The notes: generated by a model from the letters alone, not told the origin. A stretch of 26,204 nt of DNA from a virus (IMGVR_UViG_3300031965_001282:1-26204), one strand, 5' to 3'. Shown: positions 1-8,864, counted from the stretch's first letter. Numbers and translations are program-made.

Positions 1-132
1 GGCAAGGGGGGCAGGGTTGAGCAGAGGGAGGGCGCGTGCTAAGGGAGAGAGCGGGCCAGAGGTAGGAAGAAGGGCCGTTCCAGGCTCTCGAACTCTCCAG
101 TGGCGGCGGGAGAGCCTGCAAAGTGGTTAACG

Positions 133-255
133 GAATCGGGGCTTCTTTCGGCCCGGAGGCGGGGTGTGTCAACCGGGAGAGCACCGCGCAGGGTGATCGT
201 GGAGAATCGGGACGTGGAACGGTCCGGATCGGGAAGTGTGTTTACCGGGAGAGCA
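133..255 (+). repeat. Degenerate direct repeat pair (~51 bp units, period 71-72 nt) upstream of hsdM
   Basis: GTGTGTCAACCGGGAGAGCA (164-183) and GTGTGTTTACCGGGAGAGCA (236-255) are 18/20 identical. GAATCGGG (133, 204) and CCGGA (153, 224) recur at the same period. Confidence 0.6.
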
Positions 256-350
256 GGGGCAAGGCCGCGTGCTGGACGCGAGGCGCCGATCTGCCGGCTC
301 CTCCGGATACGATGCTCTTCGTTGGGCGTCCCGACAATCCCTGGAGTGAC

Positions 351-2333
351 ATGGAACAAGGCCAGCTGAACTGGATCGCGAACTTCATCTGGGGCATCGC
401 CGACGACGTCCTGCGGGACCTCTACGTTCGCGGCAAGTACCGCGACGTCATCCTCCCCATGACCGTCCTGCGCCGCCTCGACGCCGTGCTGGAGCCGACC
501 AAGCAGGCTGTGCTCGAAATGAAGGCCTCGCTCGACGAGGCCAAGATCGTCCACCAGGACCAAGCCCTGCGGCAGGCGGCCGGGCAAGCCTTCTACAACA
601 CGTCGAAGTTCACCCTGCGCGACCTTCGGGCCCGCGCCAGTCAGCAGCAGCTTCGGGCCGACTTCGATGCCTACCTCGACGGCTTCTCACCCAACGTCCA
701 GGACATCCTCGAGAACTTCGAGTTCCGCAACCAGATCCCTCGGCTCTCGAAGGCCGACGCTCTGGGCACGCTGATCGAGAAGCTCCTGTCGCCCGACATC
801 AACCTCGGCCCGAATCCGGTCATGAACGGCGATGGCTCGGTGAAGCATCCCGGCCTCGATAACCATGGGATGGGCTCGATCTTCGAGGAGCTGGTTCGCA
901 AGTTCAACGAGGAGAACAACGAGGAGGCCGGCGAGCACTGGACGCCGCGCGACGCGGTGCGGCTCATGGCGAAGCTGATCTTCCTGCCCATCGCCGACCG
1001 GATCGAGTCGGGCACCTACCTGCTCTACGACGGCGCCTGCGGGACGGGCGGCATGCTCACGGTCGCGGAGGAGACGCTCCAGGAACTCGCGCGGGAGCAC
1101 GGCAAGGAGGTCGCGACCCACCTCTACGGCCAGGAGATCAACGCCGAGACCTACGCGATCTGCAAGGCCGACCTCCTGCTCAAGGGCGAGGGCGACGCGG
1201 CGGACAACATCGTCGGCGGACCGGAGCACTCGACGCTCGCGAACGACGCCTTCCCGTCCCGCGAATTCGACTTCATGCTCTCCAATCCGCCCTACGGCAA
1301 GAGCTGGAAAGGCGACCTCGAGCGCATGGGCGGCAAGGGCGGCCTCAAGGATCCGCGCTTCCTGATCGAGCACGCGGGCGACCCCGAGTACTCGCTCGTC
1401 ACCCGCTCGAGCGACGGCCAGATGCTCTTCCTGGCCAACATGCTCTCGAAGATGAAGCACGCCACTGCGCTCGGCAGCCGGATTGCCGAGGTGCACAACG
1501 GCAGCTCGCTCTTCACCGGCGACGCCGGCCAGGGCGAGAGCAACATCCGCCGCTGGATCATCGAGAACGACTGGCTCGAAGCGATCGTCGCGCTGCCGCT
1601 CAACATGTTCTACAACACCGGCATCGCCACCTACGTCTGGGTGCTCACCAACCGCAAGCCGGAGCATCGGCGGGGCAAGATCCAGCTCATCGACGCCACG
1701 CAGTGGTTCAAATCGCTGCGGAAGAACCTCGGCAAGAAGAACTGCGAGCTGTCGGATGAGGACATCCAGCGCATCTGCGACACTTTCCTCGCCTTCGAGG
1801 AGACCGAGCAGTCGAAGATCTTCCCGAACGCCGCCTTCGGCTACTGGAAGGTCACGGTCGAGCGGCCGCTGCGCTTGAAAGGAACCGACTCCGAGCGCGC
1901 CTACGCCGCCAAGGAGATCAAGGCACTGAAGGAGAGCCAAGAGCGCGCCGCCGACGCGCAGCCAGTGATCAGCAAGATCCACAAGAAGGGCACGGCGCCC
2001 GACCCGCTGCGCGGCCTGTTCCCGGTCACGATCGGCGGCAAGCCCGCCGTCGTCGAGTACGAGCCCGACACCGACCTGCGCGACACCGAGCAGGTGCCGC
2101 TGCTCGAAGAGGGCGGCATCGAGGCCTTCCTGCGCCGCGAGGTGCTACCGCACGCCGCCGACGCCTGGTACGACCCGGAGAGAATCAAGACCGGCTACGA
2201 GGTCAGCTTCACCCGCTACTTCTACAAGCCGCAGCCGCTGCGCACGCTGGACGAGATCCGCGCGGACATCTTGGCGCTGGAGAAGGAGACCGAGGGGTTG
2301 CTGGGCGAGATCATCGGCGGAGCCAAGCCGTGA
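351..2333 (+). CDS. hsdM: Type I restriction-modification DNA methyltransferase subunit (660 aa)
   Basis: HsdM N-terminus (ANFIWGIADDVLRD..RGKYRDVILPMTVLRRLD), GEHWTPR, SAM-binding motif I YDGACGTGGML and catalytic motif IV NPPY. Start moved from 123 to ATG 351 because GGAG lies just upstream and the family-like sequence begins there. Confidence 0.96.
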   Translation: MEQGQLNWIANFIWGIADDVLRDLYVRGKYRDVILPMTVLRRLDAVLEPTKQAVLEMKASLDEAKIVHQDQALRQAAGQAFYNTSKFTLRDLRARASQQQLRADFDAYLDGFSPNVQDILENFEFRNQIPRLSKADALGTLIEKLLSPDINLGPNPVMNGDGSVKHPGLDNHGMGSIFEELVRKFNEENNEEAGEHWTPRDAVRLMAKLIFLPIADRIESGTYLLYDGACGTGGMLTVAEETLQELAREHGKEVATHLYGQEINAETYAICKADLLLKGEGDAADNIVGGPEHSTLANDAFPSREFDFMLSNPPYGKSWKGDLERMGGKGGLKDPRFLIEHAGDPEYSLVTRSSDGQMLFLANMLSKMKHATALGSRIAEVHNGSSLFTGDAGQGESNIRRWIIENDWLEAIVALPLNMFYNTGIATYVWVLTNRKPEHRRGKIQLIDATQWFKSLRKNLGKKNCELSDEDIQRICDTFLAFEETEQSKIFPNAAFGYWKVTVERPLRLKGTDSERAYAAKEIKALKESQERAADAQPVISKIHKKGTAPDPLRGLFPVTIGGKPAVVEYEPDTDLRDTEQVPLLEEGGIEAFLRREVLPHAADAWYDPERIKTGYEVSFTRYFYKPQPLRTLDEIRADILALEKETEGLLGEIIGGAKP

Positions 2334-3748
2334 CCGCGGAAGAGGTTCGCAGCCATCTCAAAGGCGGCGGTCAGATCCTCAAGACCCGGGATGACCATGC
2401 CCCGATCCTTCTGCAGCGCGACGGTGGAGCGGAGGAGCCCAGCAAGCCGTTCAAGCTATTCAGCGACGCGACGTGCTCGTGGACGAAGGCCGACGATTCC
2501 TTCGGCCCAGAGAAGCTGCGCCCCAGGATCGAGCCGTGGCTGACGGCTCTCGTGCAGTCGGAGCACCTGTCGTTGATGGTCGGTTCCGGCTTGACGCATG
2601 CTGCGCACGGGATAGCGACGGAGGGCCCGCTTTCCGGGATGGGCACGATCACCTTCGACATCCTTAGCGAGGAGATCGAGGCCGAGGCGAGCCGCGCCGC
2701 CGAGCTCGCCGGGCGCGACAGCGGAAACTTCGAGGACCAGATCCGTGCAGCCAACGAGCTGCTCCGCGGCCTGGAGATCATCGCTGCCACCAAGCCGGAG
2801 GAGACCGAGGAGCACGGGCAGATCATAGCCCTGCGAAGCGGGCTGGAGAAGGCCCTCCACACTTTCGCAGGCTCGATCCTCGAGGGGGAGCGGAATCTCA
2901 TCTCGGCGCCCGCCGAGAAACGCGAGGAGGCGTTCAAGTACCTTGCCAGCTTTCTGATGAGCTTCGCGAGCCGGTCTGGCACGCGCGAGCGGCTGCACCT
3001 CTTCACGACGAACTACGACCGCTACCTCGAGGCGGGCGCCGATGTCGCGGGGTTGCGACTGATAGACCGCTTCGTCGGCACCGTGGCGCCGGTCTTCCGC
3101 GCGTCGCGCCTCGACGTCGATCTCCACTATAACCCGCCCGGTATCCGCGGCGAGCCGCGCTACCTGGAGGGCGTCGCTCGTTTCACGAAGCTGCACGGCT
3201 CCGTCGACTGGGTGGCCTGCGACCGAGCGATTCGCCGGATCGGGCTTCCGCTCGGCGCCGCTGAGACCGCGCCTTACCTCGCTGCGGCCGGAGCCGATGG
3301 CGCGATGCGCCTCATGATCTACCCGAACGCGGCGAAGGACCGGGAGACCACGTCCCACCCGTACGTCGAGCTGATTCGGGACTTCGCCGCCGCAATCTGT
3401 CGGCCGAATAGCACCGTCATCTGCTACGGCTACGGGTTCGGCGACGAGCACATCAATCGGGTGATGATGGACATGCTGACGATCCCGTCGGCCCACCTGG
3501 TCGTGATCTCGCGTGACGACCGGCTCGGCCGAATCATGCCGCTCGGCCGGCACGCCCAGGTCAGCCTCATGATCGGTGATCACCTCGGGGACCTCCAAAC
3601 ACTTGTTGATCACTACCTGCCCAAGCCGGCGATCGATCGAGCCACGATCCGGATGGCCAAGCTCTTGAGGGATAGGTTCGGTGGTGGTGAGCCGAGGACA
3701 GGAGCGGCCGGCGAGGCCGAGTTGCCAGACGGAGGCCAACCTGCATGA
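2330..3748 (+). CDS. SIR2-like (SIR2_2) NAD+-dependent/NADase effector of a Sir2-HerA defence system (472 aa)
   Basis: Sirtuin-like motifs LMVGSGLT, FTTNYD, KLHGSVDW and YGYGFGDEHIN. The GTG start overlaps the hsdM stop (GTGA) and a HerA ATPase gene follows directly. Confidence 0.9.
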   Translation: MTAEEVRSHLKGGGQILKTRDDHAPILLQRDGGAEEPSKPFKLFSDATCSWTKADDSFGPEKLRPRIEPWLTALVQSEHLSLMVGSGLTHAAHGIATEGPLSGMGTITFDILSEEIEAEASRAAELAGRDSGNFEDQIRAANELLRGLEIIAATKPEETEEHGQIIALRSGLEKALHTFAGSILEGERNLISAPAEKREEAFKYLASFLMSFASRSGTRERLHLFTTNYDRYLEAGADVAGLRLIDRFVGTVAPVFRASRLDVDLHYNPPGIRGEPRYLEGVARFTKLHGSVDWVACDRAIRRIGLPLGAAETAPYLAAAGADGAMRLMIYPNAAKDRETTSHPYVELIRDFAAAICRPNSTVICYGYGFGDEHINRVMMDMLTIPSAHLVVISRDDRLGRIMPLGRHAQVSLMIGDHLGDLQTLVDHYLPKPAIDRATIRMAKLLRDRFGGGEPRTGAAGEAELPDGGQPA

Positions 3749-5835
3749 GTCAGACCCCCTTCGAGCAGGCCGGAAGCCTCCGGATCGGCGCGGTCGACTT
3801 CGTCTCCCCGGACGAGATCAAGGTCGCCCTCGACATCGAGGCGCCCGAGTCCGTCGCGCTGAACACGGGTGGACCGCGGTCCTTCCCCCGAGTGAACGGC
3901 TACCTGTTGGTCCCTGTCGACGACGGATTCCTCGTCGGCCAGACCGAGTGGATCACCGTCGAACGATCGCCCTTCCCCAAGCGGCGCGGGATGCAGGACT
4001 TCGGCCTCGTGGATCTGCCCTATCCGCTGCGCAGGCTGCGCCTCAACCCGCTGGGCACCCTGCGAGCGGGACCGAATGGCGGCGGCTACGTCTTCCGCCG
4101 GGGCGCCGACGCGTTGCCGTCGGTCGGCGCCGCCGTCGTGCTGCCCACCGAGACGCAGCTCCGCTCGATCGTGGAGTCCGGCGAAAGGCGGCGCGTCAAG
4201 ATCGGCACAAGCCCGCTCGCCGGCGATGCTCTGGTGTGCCTCGATCCGAACCGCCTGTTCGGCCGCCATCTCGCCGTCCTCGGCAACACCGGCAGCGGCA
4301 AGTCCTGTTCCGTGGCCGGACTGATCCGCTGGAGCCTCGAGCAGGCGCAAGCGGCCCGCTCCGGCCGACCCAACGCGCGGTTCATCGTCCTCGATCCGAA
4401 CGGGGAGTACTCGCGCGCGTTTCCGGAGGACGATCCCACGGTTCAGGCCCGCATCTTCAAGGTGAATCCCGCCGACGGCGAGATGGCGCTGAAGGTGCCG
4501 CTCTGGTTCTGGAACAGCGCGGAGTGGTGCTCGTTCACGCAGGCGAGCGCGAAGACGCAGCGGCCGACCCTCATGCACGCGCTTCGCTTCGTTCGCGACG
4601 GCCACACCGTACCGACGGGAGATGCGAGCCACGAGATGCGCCGCTTCCTCCGCACGCTCGTGACGACCATCCGCATCGAGCAGAACGCGGGCAGTCCGTG
4701 GGGCCAGTTTCCAAAGCCGAAATCGTTCTTCGAGAAGTTGGAGAAGTGGAAGGCGGGGCTGGGGCCTGAGCTGGGATCCTTCGCTGGCGATCAGCAGGCC
4801 AAGCTGCAAGCACTCGTCGACAGCATCGATGGTCTCTGTGCTGCTCGCCGGGTTCAGTATCCCCACTACGACTTCACCCGCCAAGAGGTTCAAGGTCTTC
4901 TGGCCACGGCGAGCGATGCTCATTCCGCCTTCGGCGGCACGGAGTCGGACATCCTTCCGGCGGATGTGGATGCACCCCGCCCTTTCGAGGGCGCGTCGCT
5001 GCTTCGCGGCGTCGAGGCGGCGGCAGAGATGCTCAACGTGTCCGAGCACGTTGAAACACTGTTGGTCAGGATTCGCGCGCTGCTGACCGATACCCGCATG
5101 AAGCCGATCATGGGGGGCGCGACCGACACGACGCTGGACCAGTGGCTGACCGACTACATCGGCAGCGACAACGCCGCAGGCGGCTGCGTGTCGGTGATCG
5201 ATCTGTCCCTCGTGCCGACCGATGTCGTTCACGTCGTCACGGCCGTGATCGCCCGCATGGTCTTCGAGGCTCTGCAGCGCTACCTCAAACGGAACGAAGT
5301 GACCCTGCCTACGGTGCTGGTGATGGAAGAGGCGCACACGTTCATCAAGCGCTACAAGGAGGACATCGAGAACCGGGACGCGGCGGCCGTCTGCTGCCAG
5401 GTCTTCGAGCGCATCGCTCGTGAGGGGAGGAAGTTCGGACTCGGGCTGGTCCTGTCGTCCCAGCAGCCGTCCGAGCTTTCTCCCACGGTGCTGTCGCAGT
5501 GCAACACCTTCCTTCTCCACCGGATCAGCAACGACCGTGACCAGGAGCTGGTCCAGCGGCTCGTTCCGGACAATCTGAGAGGGCTGCTCCGCGAGTTGCC
5601 GTCGCTGCCCTCGCAGAGCGCGATCCTGCTCGGATGGGCATCGGAGCTGCCGATCCTCGTGAAGATGAACGATCTGCCCAAGTCGCAGCAGCCTCGCTCC
5701 GACGACCCGGAGTTCTGGGGCGTGTGGATCGGGAAGGATGAGGAGGGCAAGCCGGTTTCGCGCAGCACGAACTGGGCGCTGGTCGCCGGTGAGTGGCAAG
5801 CAGGCCCGGCTGGCGGAAGCGAGGACGACGCATGA
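3745..5835 (+). CDS. herA: HerA/DUF87-family ATPase, partner of Sir2 (696 aa)
   Basis: N-terminal HAS-barrel-like segment, RHLAVLGNTGSGKS (Walker A), IVLDPNGEY, LVMEEAH (Walker B), REGRKFG (arginine-finger motif) and SQQPSELS..VLSQCNT. GGAGG RBS and ATGA overlap with sir2. Confidence 0.93.
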   Translation: MSQTPFEQAGSLRIGAVDFVSPDEIKVALDIEAPESVALNTGGPRSFPRVNGYLLVPVDDGFLVGQTEWITVERSPFPKRRGMQDFGLVDLPYPLRRLRLNPLGTLRAGPNGGGYVFRRGADALPSVGAAVVLPTETQLRSIVESGERRRVKIGTSPLAGDALVCLDPNRLFGRHLAVLGNTGSGKSCSVAGLIRWSLEQAQAARSGRPNARFIVLDPNGEYSRAFPEDDPTVQARIFKVNPADGEMALKVPLWFWNSAEWCSFTQASAKTQRPTLMHALRFVRDGHTVPTGDASHEMRRFLRTLVTTIRIEQNAGSPWGQFPKPKSFFEKLEKWKAGLGPELGSFAGDQQAKLQALVDSIDGLCAARRVQYPHYDFTRQEVQGLLATASDAHSAFGGTESDILPADVDAPRPFEGASLLRGVEAAAEMLNVSEHVETLLVRIRALLTDTRMKPIMGGATDTTLDQWLTDYIGSDNAAGGCVSVIDLSLVPTDVVHVVTAVIARMVFEALQRYLKRNEVTLPTVLVMEEAHTFIKRYKEDIENRDAAAVCCQVFERIAREGRKFGLGLVLSSQQPSELSPTVLSQCNTFLLHRISNDRDQELVQRLVPDNLRGLLRELPSLPSQSAILLGWASELPILVKMNDLPKSQQPRSDDPEFWGVWIGKDEEGKPVSRSTNWALVAGEWQAGPAGGSEDDA

Positions 5836-7268
5836 TCGCCGACCCTCAGCCGTACCCTACGATGAGAGACTCGGGCGTGTCGTGGCTGGGTGCCGTTCCG
5901 GAGCGCTGGGAGATACGCCGGTTGCGGAACGCCGCCGAGATGCGCGTCAGTAACGTGGACAAGGACGCGAAGGAGGGTGAGAGCCCGGTCCGCCTCTGCA
6001 ACTACGTGGACGTCTACAAGAACGATCGCATTGGTGCCTCGATGAAGTTCATGCCCGCGACCGCTACGGCAGACGAAATCGAGCGCTTCCGGCTCCGGAC
6101 GGGCGATGTTCTCATCACCAAGGACTCGGAGGCCTGGAACGACATCGGCGTTCCGGCTCTTGTCGACGGATCGGCGGAAGATCTGGTCTGCGGCTACCAC
6201 CTGGCACTGCTGCGTCCGTTCGAGGATCGACTGCTCGGCGGCTATCTCTTCCGATCGATGCAGAGCAAGGGTGTCGCGTGTCAGTTCCACGTCGAGGCGA
6301 ACGGCGTGACACGGTACGGGCTCTCGCACGCAGCGATCAAGTCGATCTGGCTCGCACTGCCACCCCTCCCCGAACAAGCCGCCATCGTCCGCTTCCTCGA
6401 CTACGCGGACCGGCGGATCCGGCGCTACACCCGCGCCAAGCAGAAGCTGATCAGGCTGCTGGAGGAGCAGAAGCAGGCCATCATCCATTGCGCCGTCACC
6501 CGCGGCCTCGACCCGAACGTCCGCCTCAAGAATTCCGGCGTGGAGTGGCTGGGGGATGTCCCGGAGCATTGGGAGGTGCGGCGCAACGGCCGCTTGTTCC
6601 TCCAGCGGAATGAGACGGGCTTCGGAGAGCTGCCAATCCTGGAGGTATCGCTCAAGACGGGTGTCCGGGTCCGAGACCTCGAGAATGCCGAGCGGAAGCA
6701 GGTGATGACCGACCGCGACAAGTACAAGCGAGCCGCCGCCGGGGACATCGCGTACAACATGATGCGGATGTGGCAGGGTGCCGTTGGTGTTGCGCCCACC
6801 GACGGTCTCATCAGTCCGGCGTACGTCGTTGCGCAGCCGCTTCCCGGTACCTCGTCGCGATACTTCGCCCGCTTGTTCAGAACGGCCGTCTACATGGCCG
6901 AGGCGGACAAGTTCTCACGAGGGATCGTCAAGGACCGCAATCGACTCTACTGGGAAGACTTCAAGCGGATGCCGTCTTGCTACCCGCCGCCTCTCGAGCA
7001 GGTGGAGATCGCAGACGCGATCGAGGATGCGTGTTGCAGGATCGATGCAGGCATCCATCGTGTGCGTCAAGAGATGACCCTCCTCCGCGAGCTCCGCACC
7101 CGCCTGATCGCCGACGTGGTCACGGGCAAGATCGACGTGCGCGACGTGGCGGCGCGTCTACCCGACGAAAGCGAGGAATCCGAGCTGCTGGACGAGGCCG
7201 AGGACGACCCGGCCGCGGCGGGACCGGCCGATGACCTGGAACCCATCCCCGAGGAGGCCGAGGCGTGA
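5832..7268 (+). CDS. hsdS: Type I restriction-modification specificity subunit with two TRDs (478 aa)
   Basis: Repeated conserved blocks DSGVSWLGAVPERWE / NSGVEWLGDVPEHWE and PPLPEQAAIV / PPPLEQVEIA, plus terminal LIADVVTGKIDVR. Start ATG 5832 overlaps the herA stop (ATGA). Confidence 0.95.
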   Translation: MIADPQPYPTMRDSGVSWLGAVPERWEIRRLRNAAEMRVSNVDKDAKEGESPVRLCNYVDVYKNDRIGASMKFMPATATADEIERFRLRTGDVLITKDSEAWNDIGVPALVDGSAEDLVCGYHLALLRPFEDRLLGGYLFRSMQSKGVACQFHVEANGVTRYGLSHAAIKSIWLALPPLPEQAAIVRFLDYADRRIRRYTRAKQKLIRLLEEQKQAIIHCAVTRGLDPNVRLKNSGVEWLGDVPEHWEVRRNGRLFLQRNETGFGELPILEVSLKTGVRVRDLENAERKQVMTDRDKYKRAAAGDIAYNMMRMWQGAVGVAPTDGLISPAYVVAQPLPGTSSRYFARLFRTAVYMAEADKFSRGIVKDRNRLYWEDFKRMPSCYPPPLEQVEIADAIEDACCRIDAGIHRVRQEMTLLRELRTRLIADVVTGKIDVRDVAARLPDESEESELLDEAEDDPAAAGPADDLEPIPEEAEA

Positions 7269-8761
7269 GCAGCGATCGGCCCGCCGACTATCTCGCGAGC
7301 CTCGTGCGCGAGCTGTGCGCGTTGCCGCGGGAGACGGAGTGGGTCGAGTTCAAGGTCAACGAGGCCGAGCCGCAGGGGATCGGCGAGTACCTCTCGGCGC
7401 TGGCGAACGCAGCCGCGCTCGTGGGCAAGGCCTTCGCGTACCTGGTGTGGGGTGTGCGCGACGTGGATCACGCCATCGTGGGAACCAGCTTCGACCCGCA
7501 CGCGGCGCGGGTCGGCAACGAGGAGCTGGAGAGCTGGCTCCTGCGGCTTCTGGATCCCAAGATCGACTTCCGCTTCTTCACGGTGGACGTCGACGAACGC
7601 CGCGTCGTGCTGCTGGAGGTCGCGCGGGCCGCGCGTCACCCGGTGCGCTTCTCGGGCCAGGAGTTCATCCGCGTCGGCACCTACAAGAAGAAGCTCAAGG
7701 ACTTCCCGGAGAAGGAACGGGCGCTGTGGCGCATCTTCGACCAGACGCCGTTCGAGGACGGCGTCGCCACCGAGCGCGCGACCGGCGACGACGTGCTGCG
7801 CCTGCTGGACTACCCGGCCTACTTCGACCTGCTGGAGCGGCCGCTGCCGGCGGACCGACAGGGCATCCTCGCCGCCCTGGCCGACGACCGGCTGATCCGT
7901 AGGGGCGACGCCGGCGGCTGGGACATCGCGAACCTCGGCGCCATCCTGTTCGCCAAGCGGCTCGACGCCTTCCACCCGCTGCGCCGCAAGGCCGTGCGCG
8001 TCGTCCAGTACCGCGGCAACGGCCGGACGGAGACGCTGAAGGAACAGGAGGGCGGCAAGGGCTACGCCTGCGGCTTCGAGGGGCTGATCAGATACATCCA
8101 CGGACTGCTCCCCGCCAACGAGGTTATCGGCGAGGCTCTGCGCAGGAGCGTGCCGATGTTCCCCGAGCTGGCAGTGCGCGAGCTGGTGGCCAACGCGCTC
8201 ATCCACCAGGACTTCTTCGTCACCGGCGCCGGACCGATGGTGGAGATCTTCGACGACCGCATCGAGATCACCAACCCCGGTCAGCCGCTCGTCGATACCC
8301 AGCGCTTCGTGGACACGCCGCCTCGCTCGCGCAACGAGGCGCTCGCCTCGCTCATGCGCCGCTTCCGGATCTGCGAGGAGCGGGGCAGCGGGATCGACAA
8401 GGTCGTGTCCCAGGTCGAGCTGTTCCAGCTTCCGGCGCCGCTCTTCGAGAGTCCGGAGGGGTTCACGCGGACGATCCTCTTCGCCCACAAGCCCCTCTCG
8501 GCCATGGACAAGGCGGACCGGGTGCGCGCCTGCTACCTCCATGCGTGCCTGCGGTACGTGACCCGGCAGCCGATGACCAACGCCTCGCTTCGGCAGCGCC
8601 TCGGTATCGATGACAAGAACATCGCGACCGTGTCCCGGCTGCTCGGGGAGGCCGTCGAAGCAGGCTTGATCGTGATCGCGGACCCGGAGGTCGGTACGCG
8701 GATCCGGAGCTACCTGCCTTTCTGGGCGGCACCCCGGCCGGACCAGGGGGAGATTGCTTGA
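7265..8761 (+). CDS. AlbA_2/Schlafen-like domain + HATPase_c_4-like domain + C-terminal winged HTH protein (498 aa)
   Basis: ETEWVEFK...ISALAN-like (LSALAN)...LVWGVRD of AlbA_2; RELVANALIHQDF, IEITNPG, RNEALA and EERGSGIDK of the GHKL-like ATP-binding domain; TNASLRQRLGI...VSRLLGEAVEAGLI wHTH. GTGA overlap with hsdS. Confidence 0.88.
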   Translation: MSSDRPADYLASLVRELCALPRETEWVEFKVNEAEPQGIGEYLSALANAAALVGKAFAYLVWGVRDVDHAIVGTSFDPHAARVGNEELESWLLRLLDPKIDFRFFTVDVDERRVVLLEVARAARHPVRFSGQEFIRVGTYKKKLKDFPEKERALWRIFDQTPFEDGVATERATGDDVLRLLDYPAYFDLLERPLPADRQGILAALADDRLIRRGDAGGWDIANLGAILFAKRLDAFHPLRRKAVRVVQYRGNGRTETLKEQEGGKGYACGFEGLIRYIHGLLPANEVIGEALRRSVPMFPELAVRELVANALIHQDFFVTGAGPMVEIFDDRIEITNPGQPLVDTQRFVDTPPRSRNEALASLMRRFRICEERGSGIDKVVSQVELFQLPAPLFESPEGFTRTILFAHKPLSAMDKADRVRACYLHACLRYVTRQPMTNASLRQRLGIDDKNIATVSRLLGEAVEAGLIVIADPEVGTRIRSYLPFWAAPRPDQGEIA

Positions 8762-8864
8762 TGGCTTCGCTCCGAAGGGCACCCTCGGTGCGTGCTCCGC
8801 GGCCACAGGCGCTTGGATATCAAGGGGTTATGGCCCAGCGGATTGCTTGCTGGTTGCTTGATGG
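8752..8864 (+). promoter_or_regulatory. Three TTGCTTG(A/C)TGG direct repeats around a consensus IHF site
   Basis: Copies at 8754-8764, 8843-8853 and 8854-8864. TATCAAGGGGTTA at 8818-8830 matches WATCAANNNNTTR exactly. Function is inferred. Confidence 0.6.

Noticed and set aside
43-255. Possible CRISPR array from GGGAGAG recurring every 65-72 nt
   Set aside because: Only two units share extended identity, the spacers are themselves similar, and no cas genes are present. Kept only as a degenerate repeat.
123-350. N-terminal extension of hsdM in the ORF track (start 123)
   Set aside because: The extra 76 codons look non-coding and contain the leader repeats. HsdM-like sequence and an RBS begin at ATG 351.
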